Below are positions 51,057-62,308 of a stretch of DNA of 64,000 nt, piece after piece. The position numbers and the translations under genes were made by a program. The stretch's first letter is position 1. Each line of letters starts with the position of its first letter. The notes under the pieces are model-generated. The model was given only the letters and a program-made list of their open reading frames with translations, did no database searches and was not told the origin of the DNA. This stretch comes from Felis catus (taxonomy: Eukaryota). Where the stretch lies: positions 136,712,001-136,776,000 of the forward strand of contig NC_058368.1 in NCBI RefSeq assembly GCF_018350175.1, given 5' to 3'.

Positions 51057-54000
51057 TGATAAATTCTTTATAGATTTTGGATACTAACCCTTTATCTGAT
51101 ATTTCATTTGCAAATATTTTCTCCCATTCCCATTGTGATCTGAAAATATGTGTGGTATGATCTCAATCCTTTTATATTTTTTGAGGGCTGTCTTGTGACC
51201 CAGTATGTGATCTATTTTGGAGAATGTTCCAAGTGCACTTGAGAAGAGTGTGTATTCTGCTGCTTTTGGATGAAAAGTTCTGAATATATCTGTTAGGTCC
51301 ATCTGGTCCATTGTGTCATTCAGAGCCATTGTTTCCTTACTGATTTTCTGCCTAGATGATCTGTCCATTGCTATAAGTGGAGCATTAAAGTCTCCTACAA
51401 TCACAGTATTGTTATCTATACACTTATTTATGTTTGTGATTAACTGATTTATATATCTGAGTGCCTCCACATTGGGGGCATAAACATTTATAATTATTAG
51501 ATCTTCTTAATGGATAGAGCCCTTATTTATGAAATAATGCCCTTGTTCATCTCTTGTTACAGTCCTTGTTTTAAAATCTAGTTTGTCTGATAGAAATATG
51601 GCTACTCCAGCTTCCTTTTGACATCCAGTAGCATGACAGATCATTCTCCATACCCTCACTTTCAATCTGCAGGTGTCCTCAGGTCTAAAATGAGTTTCCT
51701 ATAGGCAGCATATAGATGGATCCTGTTTTGTTTTGTTTTGTCTTTATCCATTCTAATACCCTATGTTTTTTGATTGGGGCATTTAGTCCATTTACATTTA
51801 GAGTGATTATTGAAAGATGTGGATCTAGTGTCATTGTGTTACCTGTAGGTTTTGTGCTTGTGGTGAGGTCTCTGGTCCTTTGTAGTCTTTGTTGCTTTCT
51901 ACTCACAGAGTCCCCCCTTTAGGATCTCCTGCAGGGTTGGTTTAGTGGTCATGAACTCCTTTAATTTTTGTCTGGGAAAGCCTTTATTTCTCCTATTCTG
52001 AGTGATAGCCTTGCTGGATAAAGGATTCTTGGTTGCCTATTTTTCCTATTCAGCATGTTGGATATTTCCTGCCATGCCTTTCTGGCCTGCCAAGTTTCAG
52101 TGGACAGGTCTGCTACTACCCTTATGTGTCTACCTTTGAGTTAAGGCCCATTTGTCCCTAGCTGCTTTCAGAATTCTCTCTTTATCTTTGTATTTTGCCA
52201 GCTTCACTATGATTTGTCTTGGTGTTAACCTGTTTTTGCTGATTTTCAATAGAGTTCTCTATGCCTCCTGGACTTGGATGTCCTTTTCCTTTCCTGGATT
52301 AGGGAAGTTCTCAGCTATAATTTGTTCACCTAAACCTTCTGCCCCTTTCTCTCTCTTCTGGAACTCCTATGATAAGGATATTATTTTGTTTCATTGAATC
52401 ACTTAGGTCTCTAATTTTCCCCTTGTGGTCTAGTAATTTCCTTTCCCTCTTTTCTCTGCCTCATCATTTTACATAATTTTATCTTCTGTATCACCTATTC
52501 TCTCATCTGCTTCTTCCATCCTTGCTGTAACTGCATGTAGTTTATTTTGCATCTCATTTATAGCATTTCTTAATTCATTGTGATTATTTCTTAGGTCCTT
52601 GATCTCTGCAGCAATAGATTCTCTGCTGCCTTCTATGCTTTAGTCTTATGACTATTATTCTAAATTCATGTTTAGATATGTTGTTTATATCTGTTTTGAG
52701 CAGTTCTCTGGCTATCACTTCTTTCTGGAATTTCTTTTGAGGAGAATTCTTCTGTTTCATCATTTTGGCTAGTTTTCTGTCCTTTGTGTGTTTTAATAGC
52801 TTGTTATGTGTCCTGCACCTGTGAGTACTACTACATTAAAATGGGGTCATACACTGTCCAGGGCCTGGCACTTCAGGAAGTGTTTTGGAATATGTTATGT
52901 GCTCTCTGTTGTTGTGACTCGGGTTGCTTTATCTCCCTACTCGTAGTGGTGGATTGTTTGGACCTTCCATCAGGTGTGCTTTGATTTGTGCCTAGAAAAA
53001 GTAAAAAAGGGGGGAGGGTTGGGGAAGCCTACCCCATACAAAGAGAGGAATGAAAGGAGCGGAAAAAGAAAAAAAAAAAAAAAAAAAAAGACCAGGCATA
53101 GAATCAAAGAAACTCTAAGGCTTAATCCAGAAAGAGAGAGAGAAAGAGAGAAAAATAAAGAAGGAGCCACATAAAAGGTATCAACAGAACAGAGTAAAAA
53201 TGCCTGATTAAACAACCAGAACAGAAAAAGAAAGAAAAACAAAAGACATATTTATATATAGCAGGAATTTACTAAAAGTCAAATCAGAAACTATGAGCCT
53301 GATTCCAAAGTGGGGGGTGGGGGGAGGAAGAGGAGGGTAGAAAGAAAGGAAAGAAAAAGTGAAGAAAGAAAACAAACCCATCAGCCTAACATACAAAACT
53401 GCAGGACAGTTGTCTGTTGGTGTCTTGGAACCTGTGGCTATGCTGGTCTGGAGGAGGGGCCCACGGGCTTGCTCAGTGTCAATCCCACTCTGGTAGATAT
53501 GCAGTTACCAGGCACGGAGGGGCGGGGTTTGGTGTTAGGCGGGTCTGCCTCCACTGGGGACCACTGTCCCCGTTTCCTGAAGCCCACCGAGTTGGTGACG
53601 GGGAGGAAAATGGCAACACCCCAGTCTCTCCTCCCCGGACGGGGTGTCTCAAACCACGCTGTTCAGGCAACCTTCCCAGAGCAGCACAGGTGGCTGGCTT
53701 GCCCCTGCTGCATAGTCTCCCAGTCTCCTGCGCCTCCAAGGTGCTCAGCTGGGATTCAAACCCCGATGTCTTAAAGGATCCTGCCCACACGGACCTGGTT
53801 CTTGGGGTAGCGCCACTCCGCCCAGCTGACAAAGGGCCTCTTGGCTGGTACCTGAAGGGTCTTTTATCGTTGGGGGCGGGAAGCAATACACCTTCTTCCC
53901 ACTATACTCAAGGGAGGAGACTGTTCTCTCCCAGGGCGCCCTTGAGATCACTACTGAGCCCTGGGGCCGCTCCTCTTCCCCCACCCAGGTACGTGCATTC

Positions 54001-55797
54001 CGCGGCAGCTCCGGTTCAGAGAAAGTCGCACACCCCTGAAAACTCCGATCTTTAGCTCCTAAAGCTGTTTTTAAAGTAGAAACTGGCACACTCCATATTT
54101 CTCGTTCTCCAGTGCGTGTTCTGAAGAGGTTTTTCTCCTGTCCAAACAAATACCACACTTCCACAGCCTCTCTCTCTTCCTATTGTCTCTCCACAGAAGG
54201 GGTTCCCCAACTCTGTGCCTAGGCTTCTAATTTTCTCTCTCCCACTTCACAAACACGCACCTCTGTCCCCCCAAGCTGTCTCTTTCCTCCTGTGGAGATT
54301 TTTCTGTCACTCCGCAACCTCTATTCCTGGCTGTTCCAAGTGTTCTGGCCTCAATACAGCTGTGTTTGAGAACAAGGGAAATTCCGGTCTCCCTACTTGT
54401 CTGCCATCTTAACTCCTCTCCCAAAGGCTTCTTATTTTGCTATCTTGTGACCTGTCACATAAAATGTAGGACAGATACACTAACAAAACAAAAATGGCCA
54501 TTTTACTGTAATCTAATGTAGGAAAATTCAGAGTCTATACATGATCCCTCTACAAATATGCATACGAGTAGCCACACTAGGAGGTTGTGTGAGACAGAGG
54601 ACACCACTCTAAGACCGGAAGGCAAGAGTTCAGACCTGCTGGCTTGGGGGTGCCGGGGCCAAGTACAGTCTTTGCGTTACCCTTTCATAGTTTAACATCA
54701 AAGACACAGAGCTCTTTTCACTTGAAACTCTGGGCTGATTTATGAGCTTTGCTGTAAGTGATAGAAGAGTGCAGTTTATAACATGATTCTTCCTCACTAT
54801 TTACTAAGCCAAGACCATGAAACATATGGCTGTCATATGGAGTGAGAAAGAGAATAGCATTTTTATTAAACTGACATTCTCTGTTTTTATTCCAATTTAC
54901 TCTTCTACATTCCCATCCTATGGTAGTAAACAATGCATTGAAAAAGTTTTGAGCCAAATTTGATCTTAGCCACTCATATCCAGTTTGCCCTGAGAAGAGC
55001 AGGAGTTGTGAGGGAGTAGAATGTCTCACCTTGAATTTAAACATGAGCAGACGGATATAATTATCCAATTGCTTTAATCATCATGATTTCAATCAAAGTA
55101 TTTGTATTTGCAGAGAATCTACTGGGTGGACCACTCATGTTTTAAAGATGCTAGAATCAGTAATTTTTTGTTGTCATGTGCAGTCTAGAACTATCTGTCT
55201 CCAATGGGAGGAAAATCACATCAAACTTTTGTCTTTCGTATCTACCAAATTCTAAAAGTAGTCAACAAGTGCACTAGATCTAAATTCCTTTAGTGTGTCA
55301 GTAAGGCCTCTTTGCCAAGCCCAATGGAATAAAAGAAAACACTTTATATAAGTGGTGAAATGATTCACATAGGCTTCCCTGTGATTGTTTAAAGGGCATT
55401 TTTGCATGGCAGGTACCTGGGAATGAGATCCAAAGTATTTCCTAACTGCTGTGGCACAGGCACGATTATTCAGATGGTCACTGGTCCTAGAACTGGAGCA
55501 GCGGTCTGGAGTTCCCCTCCTGGGCAAGAACAGATGCCATAGGGGTCCCAGAGGAGGTGCTGGTGGTGAGGAGGGGTGGTTGAGGCAGAAGGGAGTGGTA
55601 GGAGGGGTCAGTACAGAGGCTATTCACCTACCAGAATGGAAATATTTCTGCATTTACCCAACTAGCATCTCTGAAATCAGCCCTGTGCACACCCAATGAT
55701 CCTATAATACTTAGTAATGGATGGAGGTGATGGATCAGTGATGAGAGTCACTTAAAACTTTTCTTTCTTCCTTTATTATTATTTTTTTAAATCCCAG

Positions 55798-58700
55798 ATT
55801 GGGGAATTACTGAGTACCACCCATCCTGCCAACAAAGCCAGCTTAACCCTGTTCTGTCCTGAAGAAGGGGACTGGAAGAACTCCAATCTTGACAGACACA
55901 ATCTCCAAGACTTCATCAATATTAAACTCAACTCAGCTTCTATATTGCCAGAAATGGAAGGACTTTCCGAGTTTACTGAGTATCTCTCAGAATCAGTGGA
56001 AGTCCCATCTCCCTTTGATATCCTAGAACCTCCCACATCGGGTGGATTTCTAAAGCTCTCCAAGCCTTGTTGTTACATTTTTCCAGGAGGGAGGGGCGAT
56101 TCTGCATTGTTTGCCGTGAATGGATTCAATATGCTCATCAATGGAGGATCGGAAAGGAAATCCTGCTTTTGGAAGCTCATCCGACACTTGGACAGAGTGG
56201 ACTCCATCCTACTCACCCACATTGGGGATGACAATTTGCCTGGAATAAACAGCATGCTACAGCGGAAAATTGCAGAGCTCGAGGAAGAACAGTCCCAGGG
56301 CTCCACCACAAATAGTGACTGGATGAAAAACCTCATCTCCCCTGACTTGGGAGTTGTATTTCTCAATGTACCTGAAAATCTGAAAAACCCAGAGCCAAAC
56401 ATCAAGATGAAGAGAAGCATAGAAGAAGCTTGCTTCACTCTCCAGTACCTAAATAAATTGTCCATGAAACCAGAACCTCTCTTCAGAAGTGTAGGCAATA
56501 CCATTGATCCTGTCATTCTTTTCCAAAAAATGGGAGTTGGTAAACTTGAGATGTATGTGCTCAACCCAGTTAAGAACAGCAAGGAAATGCTGTATTTTAT
56601 GCAGCAGTGGACTGGCACCAACAAAGACAAGGCTGAACTAATCCTGCCTAATGGTCAAGAAATAGATATCCCAATTTCCTACTTAACTTCAGTCTCCTCT
56701 TTGATCGTGTGGCATCCGGCAAACCCTGCAGAGAAAATCATTCGAGTCCTGTTTCCCGGCAATAGCACCCAATACAATATCCTGGAAGGACTGGAAAAGC
56801 TCAAACATTTAGACTTTCTGAAACAGCCACTGGCCACCCAGAAGGACCTAACTGGCCAGGTGGCCGCCCCAGCTGTGAAACAAGTAAAACTGAAACAGAG
56901 AGCCGATAGCCGAGAAAGTCTGAAGCCAGCCGCAAAACCACTTCCTAGCAAATCTGTGCGAAAGGAGTCTAAAGAAGAAACCCCTGATGTCACAAAAGCT
57001 AATCATGTGGAAAAGCCGCCCAAAGTTGAAAGCAAAGAAAAGGTAACAGTGAAAAAAGACAAGCCAGTAAAAACAGAGACCAAACCTGTAGTGACTGAAA
57101 AGGAGGTGCCGAGCAAAGAAGAGCTGCCTCCGGTGAAAGCTGAGGTGGCCGAAAAGCAAGCCACAGATGTCAAACCCAAAGTCTCTAAGGAGAAGACAGT
57201 AAAAAAGGAAACCAAGGCAAAATCTGAGGAAAAGAAAGAGGAGAAAGAAAAGCCAAAGAAAGAAGTGGCTAAAAAGGAGGACAAGACACCCATTAAGAAG
57301 GAAGAAAAACCAAAAAAGGAAGAGGTGAAAAAGGAAGTGAAAAAAGAAATCAAGAAAGAAGAGAAGAAAGAACCCAAGAAAGAGGTTAAGAAGGAAACCC
57401 CACTGAAGGAAGCCAAGAAGGAGGTGAAGAAGGAAGAAAAGAAGGAAATTAAAAAGGAAGAAAAGGAACCCAAAAAAGAAATTAAGAAACTTCCTAAAGA
57501 CGCAAAGAAACCATCTACTCCTCTATCTGAAGCAAAAAAACCAGCTGCATTAAAACCAAAAGTGCCCAAGAAGGAAGAGCCTGTCAAAAAAGATTCTGTT
57601 GCTGCTGGGAAGCCAAAGGAGAAGGGGAAGATTAAAGTCGTTAAGAAGGAAGGCAAGACACCAGAGGCCGCAGCTGCAGCCATTGGCTCTGTGGCCGCTG
57701 TGGCAGCTGTGGCGGCAGCAGCTGGAATGGCAAGTGCTGGCCCTGCCAAAGAACTCGAGGCCGAGAGGTCCCTTATGTCATCCCCTGAGGATCTGACTAA
57801 GGACTTTGAAGAGTTAAAGGCTGAAGAGGTCGATGTAGCAAAAGACATCAAGCCTCAGCTGGAGCTGATCGAAGACGAGGAGAAACTGAAGGAAACTGAA
57901 CCAGTTGAAGCCTACGTCCTCCAGAAAGAGACGGAAGTCATCAAAGGCCCTGCCGAATCCCCCGATGAGGGGATCACCACCACTGAAGGGGAGGGTGAAT
58001 GTGAACAAACCCCTGAGGAACTGGAGCCGGTGGAGAAACAGGGGGTAGACGACATTGAAAAATTTGAAGATGAAGGAACAGGTTTTGAAGAATCCTCAGA
58101 GACTGGAGACTATGAAGAGAAGGCAGAAACTGAGGAGGCTGAGGAGCCAGATGAGGACGTTGAAGAAACCGTGTGCGTGAGCACCTCCAAGCACAGCCTC
58201 ATGGAGGAGGAGGAAAGCGCAAAGGCTGAGGCAGATGTGCACATCAAGGAGAAGAGGGAGTCTCTGGCCAGTGGAGATGACCGAGCAGAAGAAGACATGG
58301 ATGAGGTGGTGGAGAAGGGAGAAGCTGAACAATCTGAGGAGGAGGGTGATGAGGAGGACAGAGCTGAGGATGCCAGAGAGGAAGAATATGAGCCCGAAAA
58401 AGCCGAAGCTGAAGATTACGTCATGGCCGTGGTTGACAAGGCTGCAGAGGCTAGCGGTGTCGAGGATCAGTATGGATTCCTCACCACATCAATCAAGCAA
58501 CCAGGAGCCCAGTCTCCTGCCCGAGAACCTGCATCTTCAATTCACGATGAGACTTTACCTGGAGGCTCAGAAAGTGAGGCCACCGCATCTGATGAGGAGA
58601 ATCGAGAAGACCAGCCTGAAGAATTCACTGCCACCTCTGGCTACACTCAGTCTACCATTGAGATATCCAGTGAGCCCACCCCAATGGATGAGATGTCTAC

Positions 58701-61700
58701 TCCTCGTGACGTGATGAGTGATGAGATCAACAATGAAGAGACAGAGTCCCCATCTCAAGAATTTGTAAACATCACCAAATACGAGTCTTCACTGTATTCT
58801 CAGGAATACTGCAAACCTGCTGTTACATCACTCAATGGATTATCTGAAGGATCAAAAACAGATGCCACAGATGGGAAGGACTACAACGCTTCAGCCTCCA
58901 CCATCTCACCACCGTCATCCATGGAGGAAGACAAATTTAGCAGATCTGTTCTACGTGACGCTTACTACACTGAAGAGAAAGACATGAAAGCCAGTGCCAC
59001 GTTGGTGATCAAAGACACCATCTCAGCAGTTTCAGATGAAAAACTTAGCCCACCCAAGAGCCCATCCCTGAGTCCATCTCCTCCATCACCCATAGAAAAG
59101 ACCCCCCTGGGTGAACGCAGTGTGAACTTTTCTCTGACGCCCAATGAGATTCAAGTCTCAGCGGAGGCAGAAGCAGTCCCAGTGTCTCCTGAGGTGACCC
59201 AAGAAGTAGTTGAAGAACATTGTGCCAGTCCTGAGGATAAGACCCTGGAAGTGGTGTCTCCATCTCAGTCTGTAACTGGCAGTGCTGGCCACACACCTTA
59301 CTACCAGTCGCCCACTGAAGAGAAATCTAGTCACCTCCCCACAGAAGTAACTGAAAAACCACCAACAGTTCCAGTGAGTTTTGAATTCAGTGATGCCAAA
59401 GATGAGAATGAAAGGGCTTCCATAAGCCCCATGGATGAACCTGTGCCTGACTCGGAATCTCCTATTGAAAAAGTTTTGTCTCCTTTACGGAGCCCTCCCC
59501 TAATTGGATCCGAATCTGCATATGAAAGTTTTCTAAGTGCTGATGACAAGACTTCTGGTAGAGGTACTGAAAGCCCCTTTGAAGGAAAGGATGGAAAACA
59601 AGGCTTTCCACATGAAATAAGTCCCATCTCTGACATGACTTCTACTGGTCTTTCACAAGACAAACCAGAAGAGAAAAGCACAGACTTTATACCAATAAAG
59701 GAAGACTTTGGTCAAGAAAAGAAACCTGACGACGTTGAAGCCATGAGTTCTCAATCTGGATTGGCTTTAGATGAAAGAAAATTAGGAGGAGATGTTTCTC
59801 CTACACAAATAGATGTCAGTCAGTTTGGGTCTTTTAAAGAAGACACTAAGATGTCCATTTCAGAAGGCACTGTCTCAGACAAGTCAGCTACTCCTGTTGA
59901 TGAGGGTGTAGCAGAAGACACATACTCTCACATGGAGGGCGTGGCCTCAGTATCCACAGCTTCTGTGGCTACGAGCTCATTTCCAGAGCCAACAACAGAT
60001 GACGTGTCTCCTTCTCTGCATGCTGAGGTTGGCTCTCCACATTCTACAGAAGTCGATGACTCCCTTTCTGTGTCTGTTGTGCAAACGCCTACCACTTTCC
60101 AGGAAACAGAAATGTCTCCATCTAAAGAAGAATGTCCAAGACCAATGTCAATTTCTCCACCAGATTTCTCCCCTAAAACAGCCAAATCCAGGACACCAGT
60201 CCAAGACCACAGATCTGAACAGTCCTCAATGTCTATTGAATTTGGCCAAGAATCCCCTGAGCACTCGCTCGCTATGGACTTTAGTCGACAGTCTCCAGAT
60301 CACCCTACAGTGGGTGCAAGTATGCTTCACATCACTGAAAATGGGCCAACTGAAGTGGATTACAGCCCTGACATGCAGGACTCTAGTTTATCACATAAGA
60401 TACCACCAATGGAGGAGCCGTCCTACACCCAAGACAATGATCTTTCTGAGCTCATCTCAGTGTCTCAGGTTGAGGCCTCCCCATCCACCTCTTCAGCACA
60501 TACCCCCTCTCAGATAGCTTCTCCTCTCCAAGAAGACACTCTATCTGACGTCGTTCCTCCCAGAGATATATCCTTATATGCCTCTCTCACCTCAGAAAAA
60601 GTGCAAAGTCTAGAAGGAGAGAAGCTGTCACCAAAATCTGATATCTCTCCACTCACCCCAAGAGAGTCCTCTCCTTTATATTCACCTAGCTTTTCAGATT
60701 CTACCTCTGCCGTCAAAGAGACCATAGCAGCTTGCCCCACTGCCTCTCCTCCACCGACGGATGCAGCATCCGCAGAGCCCTATGGCTTCCGTGCCTCGAT
60801 GCTATTTGATACGGTGCAACACCAGCTGGCCTTGAACAGAGATTTGACCACATCTGGCATGGAGAAGGACATTGGAGGGAAGACACCTGGTGACTTCAGC
60901 TATGCCTATCAAAAGCCTGAGAAAACAACCAGGTCCCCAGATGAAGAGGGTTATGAGTATGAGTCTTATGAGAAAACCACCCGGACCCCAGATGTGAGTG
61001 GCTATTACTATGAGAAGACAGACAGTACCACAAAATCCCCATGTGACAGCAGCTACTCATATGAGACCATTGAGAAAACCGCCAAGACCCCGGAAGATGG
61101 TGGTTATGCCTATGAAGTCACTGAGGAGACCACACGGACCCCTGAAGAGGGTGAATACAGCTACGAGGCAAGTGAGAAGACCATGAGGACCCCTGAAGTG
61201 AGTGGTTACAGCTATGAAAAGACCGAGAGGTCTTCTAGAAGGCTCCTGGATGATATCAGCAATGGCTATGATGACTCCGAAGATGGCGGCCACACGCTTG
61301 GGGATTCCAGCTACTCTTACGAGACCACTGAGAAAATCGCCAGTTTCCCTGAGTCTGAAAGTTATTCCTACGAGACATCAACGGCAACTACACGAGCCCC
61401 TGATACTTCCACCTATGATTATGAAGCCGTAGAGAAAATCACTAGAACCCCACAAGCATCTACGTATTCCTACGAGACTTCAGAGCAGTGCTACACCGTA
61501 GAAAAGAAGTCTCCCTCAGAGGCACGCCAGGATGTTGATTTATGCCTTGTGTCCTCCTGTGAATACAAGCATCCCAAGACAGAACTCTCACCCTCCTTCA
61601 TTAATCCCAATCCTCTCGAGTGGTTTGCCAGTGAAGAGCCAACTGAAGAGGCTGAGAAGCCTCTCACCCAATCAGGGGGAGCCCCACCACCTCCAGGAGG

Positions 61701-62308
61701 AAAGCCACAGGGGCGACAGTGTGATGAAACCCCTCCCACCTCAGTCAGCGAGTCAGCTCCATCCCAGACCGATTCTGATGTCCCCCCGGAGACTGAAGAG
61801 TGCCCTTCCATCACAGCTGATGCAAATATCGACTCTGAAGATGAATCAGAAACTATCCCCACAGACAAAACTGTCACATACAAACACATGGACCCACCTC
61901 CGGCTCCCATGCAGGACCGCAGCCCTTCTCCACGCCACCCTGACGTGTCCATGATGGACCCGGAGGCCTTGGCCATTGAGCAGAACCTGGGCAAAGCTCT
62001 GAAGAAAGACCTGAAAGAGAAGACCAAAACCAAAAAACCAGGCACAAAGACCAAGTCATCTTCACCTGTCAAAAAGGGTGATGGGAAGTCTAAGCCTTCT
62101 GCAGCTTCACCAAAACCAGGGGGCTTGAAAGAATCCTCAGATAAAGTGTCCAGAGTGGCTTCTCCTAAGAAGAAGGAATCTGTGGAAAAAGCAACAAAAA
62201 CCACTACCACTCCGGAGGTCAAAGCTGCACGCGGGGAAGAGAAAGACAAGGACACCAAGAATGCCGCCAACGCCTCCACATCCAAATCGGTAAAGACTGC
62301 AACTGCAG
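55798..62308 (+). CDS. MAP1B: MAP1B giant coding exon (exon 5), 6511 nt: most of the heavy chain plus the N-terminal part of light chain LC1
   Basis: Polypyrimidine tract and cccag| acceptor at 55797; uninterrupted frame from IGELLSTTHPANK (147 nt upstream of the TTG start in the ORF track) to ...KSVKTATA; CAG|gtaggt donor at 62309 (phase 1); contains the KKE repeats and YSYE repeats typical of MAP1B. Confidence 0.98.
57190..57510 (+). repeat. MAP1B: Coding KKE(E/V/I) repeat tract, core of the MAP1B heavy-chain microtubule-binding region
   Basis: Purine-rich coding tract translating to KKEEKPKKEEVKKEVKKEIKKEEKKEPKKEVKKE... Confidence 0.9.
60880..61490 (+). repeat. MAP1B: Coding 17-aa (51-nt) imperfect repeats, KTTRTPExxGYSYExxE type (MAP1B/neuraxin repeats)
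   Basis: KTTRSPDEEGYEYESYE / KTTRTPDVSGYYYEKTD / STTKSPCDSSYSYETIE / KTAKTPEDGGYAYEVTE / ETTRTPEEGEYSYEASE / KTMRTPEVSGYSYEKTE, etc. Confidence 0.9.

Larger units (their letters stand above)
49574..54421 (-). mobile_element. Carnivore LINE-1, antisense in intron 4: both ends present, ORF2 internally deleted, inactive
   Basis: TSD caaaggcttctt at 49562-49573 and 54422-54433. Minus-strand 5' end GAGAGGAGTTAAGATGGC (YY1-like). ORF1 start MMKQKNSPQKK at ~52763; ORF2 start MTLDPHLSIITLNVNGLNAPIK at 51834; endonuclease motifs (VGDFNAPL, SKIDHILG, SDHN); ORF2 C-terminus ([19 protein letters not shown]); 3'UTR and poly-A. Carries frameshifts and two nested SINEs. Confidence 0.93.

Noticed and set aside
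50248..51906. ORFs of 187, 128 and 73 aa as host genes
   Set aside because: Broken fragments of L1 ORF2; the RT region is missing, so this is not an active element.
53310..54164. Overlapping 135-212-aa ORFs
   Set aside because: They lie in the GC-rich L1 5'UTR, which is poor in stop codons; no recognisable homology.
57003..57851. 282-aa antisense ORF (also 56073-56630 and 61491-62345)
   Set aside because: Shadow ORFs: Phe/Ser/Leu-rich reverse complements of Lys/Glu-rich codons, with no independent coding evidence.
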